IMG/VR virus record: IMGVR_UViG_3300037423_001503
Strand: one strand, 5' to 3'
Length of the DNA: 64,000 nt
Source of the DNA: a virus
Shown here one piece after another: positions 46,265 through 57,751 of the stretch (positions are counted from its first letter, which is position 1; every line of letters starts with the position of its first letter). Made by a program: the position numbers and the translations under genes. Under the pieces are notes generated by a model that worked only from the letters and a program-made list of their open reading frames with translations, ran no database searches and had not been told where the DNA came from.

Positions 46265-46451
46265 ATGCCAACCAACGATCTCACCGCGCTGCGGGAGTGT
46301 GTTCGCGGCGCGCTCAACAAGTACAAGCAGGCGCTGAAGGACGCGTCCGTAACGACCACCGACGACGCCGTGCACCTCAACCTCGAAATCTCGATCGCCC
46401 AGGTGAGCGCCGCCAAGCGCGTGCTCCATATGGACGACTGAAAGGAACACC

Positions 46452-46976
46452 ATGACCAACGACACCATCAACGAGGCCATCAACATCCTCAACAAGATGG
46501 CCATCATCGTACGCAACGACATGCTCACACGGGGCCAGTACGTGTCCACCACGATTGATCTCGAACTGCGCGACAAGGGCGCAATCTGCGGCGGCCACAA
46601 GGCCTGCGCCGTAGGGTCGCTGTATCTCGCAGGCGGCATCAAGCCACACGAGGTCTATCCCGGCAAGAGCTACAACTACTTTGTGCTCCAGGGCGTCGAT
46701 CGTCATGAGCGCGCAGAGTTCCTCGCTGAACGCCCCGCGCTGCGCGCGGCGTACGACGCACTCAACGAGGCCGCCAAGCGTTTCATCGATCGCCACAATC
46801 TCGATCTCTTCGACGGGGAACGGTTCGAGATCGGCGGCCTAACTCAGACGAACGGCTGGATGGAATTGCTGTTCGAGGCCGCCGACATCGATGGTCACGT
46901 ACTCGACGCACAGGTCGAGCTTCCCAAGATCATCAACAACGCGAAGCGTGCGCTTCGCCGATCCATCAGCAAGTAG
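46452..46976 (+). CDS. hypothetical protein
   Basis: GAAAGGA RBS; CGG..ACAVG. Confidence 0.7.
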   Translation: MTNDTINEAINILNKMAIIVRNDMLTRGQYVSTTIDLELRDKGAICGGHKACAVGSLYLAGGIKPHEVYPGKSYNYFVLQGVDRHERAEFLAERPALRAAYDALNEAAKRFIDRHNLDLFDGERFEIGGLTQTNGWMELLFEAADIDGHVLDAQVELPKIINNAKRALRRSISK

Positions 46977-46988
46977 AAAGGAACCCCA

Positions 46989-47309
46989 ATGTCCCAGAAG
47001 ATCAAGAACAACAAGTCGCACCGTCCCGGCCAGCCCAACCCCTACGTGGAGCGCAGCCTCGACATCCTGACCCGCCTGTGCGCGGCCAACACCCCGCAGA
47101 CGCGCGCCGCGCTCGGGCTGTCGCAGTTCCGCGCCGAGGGCATGCTGGAGAACAAGCTCATCAAGCGCGTCGCGGTGCGCTACACGGGCACCGCGGGTCG
47201 GCCGGCGTACCTGTACGAGCCGACGGCGAAGGCCCGCCGGGCGGTTGAGGACCGGCTGCGCTCGGGCCGCATCGTGCGCCGTGGCCGCAGGCTGGTGGTG
47301 GCGAAGTGA
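46989..47309 (+). CDS. basic, possibly winged-helix DNA-binding protein
   Basis: G.AGRPAYLY wing-like motif; Arg-rich. Confidence 0.55.
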   Translation: MSQKIKNNKSHRPGQPNPYVERSLDILTRLCAANTPQTRAALGLSQFRAEGMLENKLIKRVAVRYTGTAGRPAYLYEPTAKARRAVEDRLRSGRIVRRGRRLVVAK

Positions 47310-47489
47310 ACGTCGACTCGGAGTCCGCTCGTCGAATCAGGGCGATCGTCGAGTCCCTGCACGAGATCGCCTATACGTACGAGGAGTGCGGAATGGCGAA
47401 CGAGTGTGATGAGATCAACGCCGCCGCCGATCAGGTCAGGCGCCTGCAAAGCCTGCCCGACACCGACGACGACTGAGGGGAGCTATCCA

Positions 47490-47852
47490 ATGAAGGTCTA
47501 CAACTACAAGGATGGTGTTCGGCGCGCCGTTGTGCGCGTCGAGCACCACATCGATTTCAACTGGCTCGTCTGGACCGCAGCCAACCTCATCGATGGCGTC
47601 GTCGACGCTGGCGACGAGGATGTGGTCGAGCAGGTCGAGGAGGCCGCCGCGGAGTTGACACGCCGTGATGTCGAGCGACGGCTTCGGAGTAACCTCGCCC
47701 TGGACGGCGAGGGATGGATCGACTTCCAGGACGAGCGAATCAGCCTCGCTGCCGAGACCTGGGACGGCCACTTCGACTACAACGAGGAGATCGTGCCACT
47801 ATTGGTGGCGCGCCTCAAGACCCTGTTCCCCGAGTTCAAGGAGCCCACATGA
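47490..47852 (+). CDS. hypothetical protein
   Basis: Start after GAGCTATCC. Confidence 0.6.
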   Translation: MKVYNYKDGVRRAVVRVEHHIDFNWLVWTAANLIDGVVDAGDEDVVEQVEEAAAELTRRDVERRLRSNLALDGEGWIDFQDERISLAAETWDGHFDYNEEIVPLLVARLKTLFPEFKEPT

Positions 47853-48853
47853 GGCATTTGCTGTTGTTGATGCTCTTGCTGGCCGGGATGTGCCCGGAGT
47901 CAGCACGCGCCGACCATCGCGTCGATCCTCGCGCGCCGGGCGCGGCGGCGGCGGTGGATCGCTACGCGCACCAGTTGGCGATCGATGAGACCTCGAACGG
48001 CGTCATCGTCACATACACCGGCGTTCGGCGGTACCCGCATTCGCACTTCGCGCTGAGCTTCGCACAGACGCGGAAGAACCAGGTCAACGACGTCGTAGTG
48101 CCGGTGGTGGCACACCAGTGCCCAGGTCCATACTACGTTGTCCATCTTATCGGTGAGCGCGTTGACTGCATTTGGCGCTTCACCGACGTGATTCCTGCGG
48201 GAACGGAGTGGCCATGAGGCGTTCACTGTTGTGCTTGTTGTTGCTGGTCGGTGCGCTTTTCTGCTTCGGGATGGCGTATGCGATCTACGAGCGCGGCCAG
48301 CGCACCGTGGTCTCTGTCAGCACCGGCGAGCGCGTCACTAGGATCCCGCAGCTTCACAGTGCCGCGTACTGCGACTTCATGTTCAACCCGCGTATGCCTC
48401 CTCAGGTCCACGGCACGATCCGGGCGGGCGTCGGTACGATTCGCACGTTCGCTCAGCAGGTGCTGTGTTTCGAAACGGCCAAGGAGCAGGCGCTGGTGCG
48501 GCCCCAAATGACGCGGATGTGCCGTCAGGAGCACTTGGTGTGCTGGCAGAAAAGGATCCGATGACAGACACGAAGCGGTTCGTCGTAGTGCCTAACCACA
48601 TCTGCGGACCGGCCGTGATCAGACACGGCAACCTCGTCGATACGTGCCCGACGGTTGAATCGGCGCAACGGATCGCCGACGTCCTGAACGCGCTCATCGT
48701 GGATGCCGACGCGTTGACATTCTCATACGCGATTCCTGAGTTGAACAAGCTCAGGGACCAGGAGAAGGATCGCGTCATTCGCTTCATGGGTAAGTACATC
48801 GGAGCGCACTGCCGATAATCGCGGCCCGGTCCTCGCCGACCGGGTCGTTTTTA

Positions 48854-48912
48854 TTTACAGTAATTTTGTCAAGTACTATAACTTGACATCTCTGCGGAGG
48901 GTTTGCTAGGTT
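48854..48912 (+). promoter_or_regulatory. tandem sigma-A-type promoters with overlapping inverted repeat
   Basis: TTTACA-17-TATAAC and TTGACA-18-TAGGTT; TGTCAAGT-N6-ACTTGACA. Confidence 0.7.
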
Positions 48913-48918
48913 CGTGGA

Positions 48919-49170
48919 GAACACGCGGCCGGTCCTTTGGCCCGCTCGGCCGCCGTGGACACCAGCGGCCCGGAGGTTCCGCATAAGGGGATAGGCATGC
49001 GGGGCCTCCGGGTAGTAATTCCAGCCATGCGCCGTGTCATCTTGCTTCTAGCCTTGCGCCCAATGGGCGCCCCTACGTGGGGTCTCGGGGAACGCCACGC
49101 CCACTACGAGACCGCCGAGCGCGCCTACAGGGCGCGCAGGACCCGCCTGCATGCGGGCCGACCTCTGCAC
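48919..49170 (+). ncRNA. candidate structured ncRNA / long leader
   Basis: Six hairpins including a 16-bp stem 48969-49012. Confidence 0.45.
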
Positions 49171-49175
49171 CCACG

Positions 49176-49502
49176 ATGATCACCCTCAGCGAGCTATCCA
49201 GCGCCGCGCGCGCCAACGACCACCTCGCCGCCGCGGGCGTGCCGCTGGACGAGATCCTCATTGACTTGAATCTTGAGCCAAGCTCATTGATCCGCGCTGC
49301 TGAGCAAAGGGCGCTGCGGGTCGCGCTGCTCCACGACGGCTGGTCAGAGCTTGAGATCGACGCCCTTGGCGGGCTGATCCAGCCCCGGACGGTGCGCGTC
49401 GAGGAAGCGACGAACTTCTGGATGCCCACGTTCACCGCGTTGGTCATCGACGGCGCGGCCATGATTCGCCGGGCCGAGCGCGAGTTCTCCTCTCGCGCCT
49501 AA
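49176..49502 (+). CDS. hypothetical protein
   Basis: MITLSELSSAA... Confidence 0.55.
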   Translation: MITLSELSSAARANDHLAAAGVPLDEILIDLNLEPSSLIRAAEQRALRVALLHDGWSELEIDALGGLIQPRTVRVEEATNFWMPTFTALVIDGAAMIRRAEREFSSRA

Positions 49503-49635
49503 ACCTCCCTATTTGCGGCCCTCGCTGCTCCTTAGTTGGCGCGTTCGCGCTCCACTAGCAGCGTCTCCTAGGCCACAAGAATCCCTCTCTGTGCAGGAAC
49601 TTTCTACCCGAATGGGTAGTTCGGGGACGAAGCGT

Positions 49636-49876
49636 TTGACATCCCCAGTTTTGGGGGTATATTTGTCCATGTCAGAACGACCCCCGACGGAAGCCAAGAC
49701 GGCGGAATCGAGGGACATCAGGACCAATCGGACCTAAGTCTCAACCGCGAGCAGTCCGCCCGATCCACAGGGGCACACCAAGAGGTGTCGTTCGGGCGAA
49801 CTGCTCGTGTTTCGCTAGGGGGCGAACCGGGCAGGAAACCTATCATCTATCTACACCAGAAGGAGGTTTCCCCCTT
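49636..49876 (+). promoter_or_regulatory. promoter and structured 5' leader of DGQHR gene
   Basis: TTGACA-16-TATATT; branched hairpin 49747-49808; anti-SD GGAAACCT/AGGTTTCC. Confidence 0.6.
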
Positions 49877-51193
49877 ATGTCCACTCAGACCAACACCGAG
49901 ACGCGTCGCGGACAGGTCACGCTCGTCGCCATGGAGAGCGCGAACATCGACACGACGTGCTACCGGGGATCGGCACCGCTGAGCGCGCTGTCGGCGATCT
50001 CGCAGGCCGACGTGTTCGACCAGGTCAAGAACCCGGGCGGCCTTCAGCGCGACCTGTCGCCCAAGCACGCCGCCGACGCCTACAACTACGCGAGCCGCGA
50101 GCCGAACCCGGAGTTCCCGCGCGCGTTCCCCGAGGTGATGCTCAACGTGCGCGACGAGGACGTCGTGTCCGTCGAGACCATCAACACGGGACGCCAGCGC
50201 CAGGTCAAGGTCATCAAGTTCGACTTCGACCTCAGCGCCATCGACGACGCCGTGAAGGCCGGGAAGATCGCCGTCTCCCGCATGGACGGCAACCACCGTC
50301 TGTGGTTCGGTGACGGCGACGACAAGAACCGGCAGTCCGTCGACACGCTCGTGCCGTTCCAGATCCACGTCGGGCTGACGCCGGAGCAGGAGGCCAACCT
50401 CTTCACCGACGTCAACGCCAACCAGAAGGGCCTCAACTCCAGCCACCTCCACGTCCTGCGCTCGCGCCTGACGCCGGAGGAGCAGGAGCTTCGCGACCAC
50501 CCCGAGCGCGTGTTCGCGATGCGGCTCGCCGACGACGTGGAGTCGCCGTGGCACGAACTCGTCCACATGGGCGGCTCGAAGGCGGGCTCGCGGCAGGCCG
50601 GGCAGGACCGTCCGGTGGCGTTCGTGACGCTGGAGGCGGGGGTCAAGCGGACGCTCAACAAGTCCGTCTACATCCACGACCTGCCGAACCCGAACGCGCA
50701 GTACGTGCTGATCCGCAACTTCTGGAACGCCGTCAAGGCGGTGTTCGAGGAGGAGTGGACCAACCACAAGGACTACCTGCTGCTGCGCAACCTGGGCGTC
50801 CTGGCGTTCTCGATCTTCGGCGGCACGGTCATCGATCGCTCGATGGCGCGCGGCGAGGTCACGGTCGAGGCGATGCAGGCCTACATCGAGCAGGCCAAGG
50901 ACGTCTTCGACTGGGCGAAGTCCGCGACCGGTGAGCGCTCGCTGGCCGGCATGTCGGGCAACCGGGCGGCGCTGATCGTGTCCGGCGAACTCGCCAAGGA
51001 TCTCGTCGACCCGGGCGAGTCGGCGGTCATGAAGTCGATCCAGGAGCGGCTGCTCGCCGACGCGGGCTCGATCCCAGACGAGGTCCCCTCGGAGTGGGAG
51101 CGGCGCCCGGAGGTCTCGGAACTGGTCGCCGCCGGGGTTCGGCCCAGCGTGGGTGACCTTGAGGGCGACGGTCAGTCGCCTGACACCGAGTAG
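49877..51193 (+). CDS. DGQHR-domain protein (DndB-like, ParB/Srx superfamily)
   Basis: GLQRDLS, FPEVML, RMDGNHR, EANLFTDVN.NQK motifs; AGGAGG RBS. Confidence 0.88.
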   Translation: MSTQTNTETRRGQVTLVAMESANIDTTCYRGSAPLSALSAISQADVFDQVKNPGGLQRDLSPKHAADAYNYASREPNPEFPRAFPEVMLNVRDEDVVSVETINTGRQRQVKVIKFDFDLSAIDDAVKAGKIAVSRMDGNHRLWFGDGDDKNRQSVDTLVPFQIHVGLTPEQEANLFTDVNANQKGLNSSHLHVLRSRLTPEEQELRDHPERVFAMRLADDVESPWHELVHMGGSKAGSRQAGQDRPVAFVTLEAGVKRTLNKSVYIHDLPNPNAQYVLIRNFWNAVKAVFEEEWTNHKDYLLLRNLGVLAFSIFGGTVIDRSMARGEVTVEAMQAYIEQAKDVFDWAKSATGERSLAGMSGNRAALIVSGELAKDLVDPGESAVMKSIQERLLADAGSIPDEVPSEWERRPEVSELVAAGVRPSVGDLEGDGQSPDTE

Positions 51194-51235
51194 CCCGGCG
51201 CTGTCAGCGTAGGCGAAAACACGCAAATAGCGAGG

Positions 51236-51262
51236 AAGGGCGGCTTGCGGGCCGCCCTTTCT
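51236..51262 (+). terminator. intrinsic terminator
   Basis: AAGGGCGGCT-TGCG-GGCCGCCCTTTCT. Confidence 0.75.
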
Positions 51263-52000
51263 GTCAGTAAGGTCTCCGGTGTAACCAGATCCCACGGAAA
51301 GGGACCCGTTGTTCACCAAGACCCATGATGCGCTGCTGCCGGGCCTGTCGGCATTGGACCAGCGCTCCATCATGATGGCCGCGTTCCTGGCCCACGAGGG
51401 CCGCCTCGACGAGGCAGAGGCGACGCGATGGGCCGCAAAGTACGACCTCGGTCGTCAGGAGGCCGACCCGAGGTAGCCCGATAGCGGGCAGGGGAGATCA
51501 CCGCTATGTGTCCGCTCAGTGCGGTTGAGCGGACACTAGCGCTCAGAGGTAAGGGGGCCTCAGTGCCGCCCACATGTGTGGCTTACTGGCTGGCAGGTAC
51601 GTTCATGATGGAGTCCAGTGAGGGCTTCGACGACGAGCATGTGCGCGCTCTGCTCGCTGCGGGAGCGCGCGACCTAGAGGTGCGCGTCGAAGACGGCTGG
51701 CAGCCAATTGAAGCCCTTGACATCGCGCGCGCTGTGCAATAGAGTCGTCATCGTTCCAGTCGTTCCCCACTCCAAAGGAGGTCCGGACAATATGTCGCAT
51801 ATCGCAAACCACAGGTACGTCGTGCAGGGTCGTCGCGACTCCGACGGCCGCGTGTGGCCAATCCATGCCACCGACGAGCTTTCCGACGCCCAGCGCGTTC
51901 TCGCTGTCGGACGCGACATCGACGGCCAGCACTGGTCGGGCGCTCGCATCTTCGACCGGCGCGACGCCATCATGCCGCAGCACGGCTGGGGGTCGCTGGC

Positions 52001-52645
52001 ATGAGCCCCTCGTTCCCCAACCACTCTCACTTCGAAGACCCCGGCGCGAAAGACGCGAAGCCGGCTTCGAAGTCCCAGACCCGCGCGATCTTCTTCGCCT
52101 CCGGGCTCGACGCGCGGCCACTTGGCCTGACCTACGCGGAGGCCTCGGACTTCCTCGATCGCCTCAAGGCCTCAGAGGCCGCCGAGGCCGCGATCACCGA
52201 GCTTCAGGAGCGTGGCGCTACCGGCTCTCCCAAGGTCCCGAAGGCGGTCCGCGATGCCCGCCACGCGGCGCTGTTCGAGCGCGCCTGGGCTGCTGGCGTA
52301 GCTGCCGCTCAGGCCCACACACCGGTTCCGATGACAGTGGTCGAATACGCCAACCCACTTGCCGACATCCTGGGCGGCGATCCCGGCGAGGTGGTGCGTC
52401 AGTACGAGCCCGTCGCCGACGGTGCCTGCGGCTTCGCCTGGGTCACCATCCATCCTGGCAACTCTTCGTTCGCCCGATGGCTGACCGCCAACAACCGCGC
52501 GCGCCCGCACTACCGGGGCGGCGTTCAGGTCTGGATCAGCGACTACAACCAGTCCTACGAGCGCAAGTCCGAACACGCACGCGCGATGGCGGCGGCGTTG
52601 CGCGAAGAGGGCGTGCAGGCCTACTCCGGCGGGCGGCTCGACTGA
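52001..52645 (+). CDS. conserved hypothetical phage protein
   Basis: DGACGFAWV...QSYERK..A.A.A..LR..G...RLD. Confidence 0.75.
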   Translation: MSPSFPNHSHFEDPGAKDAKPASKSQTRAIFFASGLDARPLGLTYAEASDFLDRLKASEAAEAAITELQERGATGSPKVPKAVRDARHAALFERAWAAGVAAAQAHTPVPMTVVEYANPLADILGGDPGEVVRQYEPVADGACGFAWVTIHPGNSSFARWLTANNRARPHYRGGVQVWISDYNQSYERKSEHARAMAAALREEGVQAYSGGRLD

Positions 52646-53183
52646 TGCCTCCCATGCTATACAACAAGTCAACCGGCACCTACATCCCGACCGCTGAGTT
52701 CGAACTGTACCTGGATGGCGAACTCATCAAGACCGCCGTAGCGACGTGTCGCCGCGACGCTGGCGAAATCTTCGACCTGGAGGTCGAGGACTACAACACG
52801 CTCCGCGTCGACCCGAGTCGCTACGAGGTCAAGGTCCGTGAGCACAGGTGCTGGCCCGGAGCGATGGCCTACATCTGCTGCTTCTGCCAAGCCAAGATCG
52901 AGAACGACTGATGAGCGTCTACCGCGACACGTTGGCCGCCCTCGTCGCGTTGCCCTCAAACGGCCACGGCATTCGAGCCGTCGATGTGGCCTATCTGGTC
53001 GGTCACCGCAGCGACGAGGCCGCCGTCTTCAGGTATCTCAAGACCCTTGAGATCAATGGCTATGCGCTGCGGACGAGGCACTACGAGACGCTTTGGGAGC
53101 CGGATCTAAATGAGCCCGCCGACTGGTCCTTCGAGCCTACCGTGGCCGGCCGCTACGCGATCCTAGCCGGGAAGGATCTCTGA

Positions 53184-53390
53184 GTGTTCATCATCCGTCT
53201 CAATCTCGGCAACGCAGCCATGCGGACCCCGGGCGACGTCGCCAACGCGCTGCGACGCACCGCCGACAGTCTCGACCGCATGGACCGCTACACGATGGGC
53301 CGACAGACCGACGGCCTCATCAAGGACATCAACGGCAACACCGTCGGTAGCTGGGGCGTTCGCGCCTGGCCCGACGAGGAGGACATGTAG
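53184..53390 (+). CDS. conserved small phage protein
   Basis: NAA...I.DINGNTVGSW. Confidence 0.7.
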   Translation: MFIIRLNLGNAAMRTPGDVANALRRTADSLDRMDRYTMGRQTDGLIKDINGNTVGSWGVRAWPDEEDM

Positions 53391-54468
53391 ATGCCGCTCA
53401 CACTGGCTGACCCGCCGCCGATCGAGGAACTCGATCACATCATCGTCACTGCCAACCGTTCCGTCGCCTACAGCGGCTACGACCCCAACAAGGCCTGGAT
53501 TCTGTTGACCTACATCAACGGAACCGGCTGGGCCATGTGGGGCTCAGAGCCCAACGAGCAGGTGGCGCGGAAGACGGCCTTCGAGCGCACCCGCAGGACC
53601 GGTTACCGGTACGCGGTGATCGCGTACTCGGAGATCGTGGCACGCGATCGTGCGCTGAGGACTCAGGCGAAGCAGAGGAGCGCGAGATGAGGTACAAGAC
53701 GCGCCTGCTTTGGGAGGAGGACGTCTCCTCGGTCCACACGTTCGAGATTCATGACGACTTCGCAACCGACGAACTCGCCGCTGAGGTTGCACACATGATC
53801 TGCATGTACGAGGAGGCCAACAAGGTCGACTATGTGCGGCGCGATGTCGCCTCGGGCAGCGTGTATCCCATCAGTGGCGCGCTTCGCGTGACCTACAACG
53901 GTTCGATCCTGGGAGAACTCTGATGCGCTACATAGCCAAGCTGTACTTCGATGACGGCTCGGATACCGACGTCGAGGTCGACATCGACACCAACGAGACC
54001 GACAACCCGCGCATGCTGGCCCAGTACGCGGCCGAGGCGTACGCGGAGACCATCAAGGCGACTGTCGATCGCGTCTGGCGAGACGAGGCGCACCTCTTCG
54101 TCTCCGGCGGCATGTGGTATGAGCGCGGGGTCAACGGCTACGACGAGAGAGGATCGGTCTGATGGACACCGCGATCAGGGCGTTGCGTCAGATGGGGCGC
54201 CTGGAGATTCACTCCATCGGTCGACCGTCGCCCTACCTGGCCGGTCGATCCGGCACAGGAGTCAAGGTCCACGCTGTGGCCCCCGGGTCGGTTGTCCGTG
54301 ACCCGGAGACGTTCGAGCGCGTCGGCACCTCGCTGTGCAGCGAACGCGTCACGGCGTCGGCGCTCGAACACTTCGACCCGCAGGCCCGCGACGCGTGTCA
54401 GCGCTGCTCAGACAGTGTGCGCCGGCTTCGCGGTCCGGCAGCGTAATCACTCAGAGAAAGGAACCAAT

Positions 54469-54670
54469 CATGAGCTTCAAAGTAGAGGTGATCGCAGACA
54501 ACTCCGGTAAGTGGTACAGCAACTCCGTCCGCTTCGCCACCGCGCCGGAGGCAGAGGCTGCGGGTCACGACTTGGCCGGACGCTGGACGCTCGTCCAGGA
54601 GTGGCGTGTCGCCGAGTCCGACGAGCCCGTCAACTACATTTGGCGGGCCGGCCAGGCGGTGCCGGTCTGA
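54469..54670 (+). CDS. conserved small phage protein
   Basis: SFKVEVIAD.SGKW..N..RFAT..EA. Confidence 0.7.
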
Positions 54671-55493
54671 TGTTCTACGCAAAGACACTCAGAGGCCGCG
54701 CCTGGGCTGACTCGGTTCCGGCACGTACCAAGACGTCAGCGCCTGTCGGTGGCGCGCCCGCACGCGTCTTGATCGGCATCGAGGACGACGGCAGCATCGT
54801 TACGGCGGTGATGGATGTCGCGGAGGCCGTGGATCTCTATCGCGGGCTCGGCGTCGCGATCCGTGACGCAGGTGGCGAGGTGCCGGTCTGATGAGGGAGG
54901 TTCGATACGAGACCGCACAGAGTGATCGATCGGTGACGATCAAACGCATCAAGGTCGGCGAGGTCAATCCGTTCTCCAAGACCGGTGCTTGCTACGCCGA
55001 CATCGTTGATGAGCTTATGCTCGAAGAAGACCCCAGCGGCTCGTTCACCATCTACATGGATCACTCAGCCGGCGATCCCGACAGCAATCGGTGGAGCGAG
55101 ATAACCATTCGACGTGAGGACGCACTCACGATCTTCGAGTGGCTCGGGTCAAAGTAAAAGGAGCACCATCGTGACCGTTCACCACTTCACGTTCCAGCGC
55201 AAGGCCCATGGCGACGACGTCATCGAGATCGGCAAGGTGCTCGATCGCCTCGCCCAAGAAGGCAAAGAGGTCGTGACAGTGTCGCACTCCGTGCGCACTA
55301 TCACCTCCTTCGATCATACCTATACGTATGTGGACGTCGTCGTTGTTACGCGCGAGTCCGGTAGCACGTATGAGCGCGGCCTCATCAACCGCATGGAGGA
55401 CTGGCTCGGCGTCCACGAGGGCTATATCGACGAACATGAGGACGAATATCGCGCGCTTCAGCGAGAGGTGCGCGCCTACCTGAGAGGAGAACA

Positions 55494-55805
55494 ATGAGCC
55501 CGGCCATCACACCCGACGAGGCCTTCTCGAAGGCCGCCGAAGGCCAACACATACCCAACGAAGTCTTCGAAGTCTTCAACGAATTGATCGTCAAGAACCT
55601 CCGAGATGGTAAGGCGCGTATCCAGCAGGATGAGGCGGTCACGATGATTGAGGCGCGTATGACCGTGCAGCGGCAAGACATCTACGGCAACCGGTGGCTC
55701 GACGTAGAGGACGCCTACCGCGCCCAGGGCTGGGCCGTCGATTACGACAAGCCCGCCTACAACGAGACACACTCAGCAACCTTCACCTTCAGGAGATCCA
55801 CGTGA
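55494..55805 (+). CDS. conserved phage protein
   Basis: IP.EVFE.FN.LI...WLDVE..YR..GW.V.YDKPAYNE. Confidence 0.75.
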   Translation: MSPAITPDEAFSKAAEGQHIPNEVFEVFNELIVKNLRDGKARIQQDEAVTMIEARMTVQRQDIYGNRWLDVEDAYRAQGWAVDYDKPAYNETHSATFTFRRST

Positions 55806-56990
55806 CCGACATCCTCGCTGAGCGCGAGCTATCCCTGCGGCGGCATCTGAAGACCATCAATCCGACCTGGGCCGCCTACTACGTCGGTGTCGCCGAGGAG
55901 GCCATCGCCGCCGCCGAGGCCGGCGAGGACGAATTCAAGATTGCCCTGCCGGGCGGTCGGTCGGTCACAGCCGAGAACGTGATCTCCGCGTTCTCGCTCA
56001 GCGGTTTCGTCGGAGGCGATGATGACTAGCACGGTCTACGTCGGCGACCGCGTCTGGGCTGAATACCTAGACATCGGTATGTCACACCGTGAGATCCACG
56101 CAGGCTACGCGACCGTCACGGCGGTTCATCCGACGCCGCGCGTGCTCCCCGACGGGGCGAGCCACGACCTGTCGGTGCCGTGGATCGGTATCAAGCACAA
56201 GGTCGATGGATGACCGGCGTACGAAAGCACTGGATCGCATGGGCACCGATCGGTGTCAGCGATTGGGAATCGCCGGCCCTGATCTTCGACTACGAAGGTG
56301 CGGCCGATCGATATCGCGCACTTGGCTGGACCGTTGAGGGGCCATTCGAGCCCGCGCGGAAGGCCGTCCAACTCAGCGACATCGTCGGCTACATCGCCAC
56401 GCTGAACGACTTCTACAACTGGAACCGGTGGATCATCGACCGCCTTGAGGAGCGCTTCGGTGAGTAACGGGGAAGCTATCCAGATCATCGACGAGATGAT
56501 CGCCGAAGTCCTGGAACGCAAGCGGCGTTTCTCGAAGCCGATCCTCGGTGGCGCTCGGCAAGTGCCGTTCGACGGTGAGGTGCTCGGACTGTTCATTCGA
56601 TACGGAGTCCTCGAAGATGCACGTGCTCGCCTGACCGGCCAGGAACTCGACCACCAGGCTTCAATCGAGCGCTTCCACTCAGGAGCAGCGATCAATGCGT
56701 GATCTGCTGCGGTTCCCGCTTGATCTCTATGTGTGCCCTGAGTGCCAGACGGTCGATCAGGACCAATACTTCACAGGCGGGCACGACTTCGCCGCCAACC
56801 CCAGGTGTCACCGCAACCAGCGGGTCCCGGTCCGTGTCATCGCCTTCGATACCGCTGTGTGGGTGCTGACGACAGCACTCGTCGGCGCTGGCATACCGCG
56901 GCAGCGTGCAGAGGTCACAGCGATCGAGCTACTCAACGACGCTGAGCGCATCGCCGACGTCACAGCCCAACCATATACAGAGGAGGAGCT

Positions 56991-57515
56991 ATGAAGGTCT
57001 ACGCCGCCTATGTCTACAACGATGCAAGCCCGCCGCGCTTCGTGGGCATGTACTCAACCTACGCAAAGGCCTTGCTTGCGTCGAGCCCGCGCATCGACGA
57101 CATGGTCAAGGAGTTCGAGATCGAGCCCGACGATCGCTCATTCCCAGCGATCTCTGGGACCATCACGGCGTGCGAGAACTGCAACGTCGTCCTCGCCCGC
57201 GACGGCGAAGTTGTCGCACAGCGACCCAGCACCGTATGCTCGCATCTCAACGCCGGGACCTACGTCAATCTCAACTCTGTCGTCGATGCTGTCATGGACG
57301 CGCAGGCAGAGTTGCAGACGCCGTTGGGGTTCTACCGCATGTATGACCCTAAGTACGAGCACGCGCTACCAATCGAGTACGACGATCACATCGAGGATCG
57401 CCTAGCGAAGACGCTCGCTCGTCTGCACGCGCTGCTCGCCGCCCTCGGGACGCCGATGTATCGGCCGGCGCAGCACGATGAGGTCGAGGCGATCGACCTA
57501 AAGGCAACGCCGTGA
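56991..57515 (+). CDS. hypothetical protein
   Basis: AGGAGGAG RBS. Confidence 0.6.
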   Translation: MKVYAAYVYNDASPPRFVGMYSTYAKALLASSPRIDDMVKEFEIEPDDRSFPAISGTITACENCNVVLARDGEVVAQRPSTVCSHLNAGTYVNLNSVVDAVMDAQAELQTPLGFYRMYDPKYEHALPIEYDDHIEDRLAKTLARLHALLAALGTPMYRPAQHDEVEAIDLKATP

Positions 57516-57720
57516 AGGTCTACGTGGCCTTCCACAGAGGTGAGTTCTTTTCGGCCACGACGTGCCGCCGGGACCGAGTTCGTTCGTCGGTGTCTACGTG
57601 ACGCGCGAGGAGGCGCTACGACGATGCTGGCCTGAAGGCGACTCGCGCTTCGTCGAGGAGCGCGAGCTTGAGCCTGCTCACGAGGAAGAGCAGTCGTTAC
57701 CGCAATGGAACTTCCCTTGA
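57512..57720 (+). pseudogene. frameshifted small gene related to the N-terminus of 56991..57515
   Basis: MKVYVAF... continues as FVGVYVTREEAL...ELEP in the -1 frame after TTCTTTTC. Confidence 0.5.
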
Positions 57721-57751
57721 CATCAAGCCGCGACTAGGCTAGGTTCATGGC

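Noticed and set aside
49847-51373. 508-aa minus-strand ORF
   Set aside because: Antisense shadow of the GC3-biased DGQHR gene; no motifs or RBS
51865-52911. 348-aa plus-strand ORF
   Set aside because: Arg/Pro-rich off-frame read of 52001..52645; only its last ~85 codons look like a real small gene
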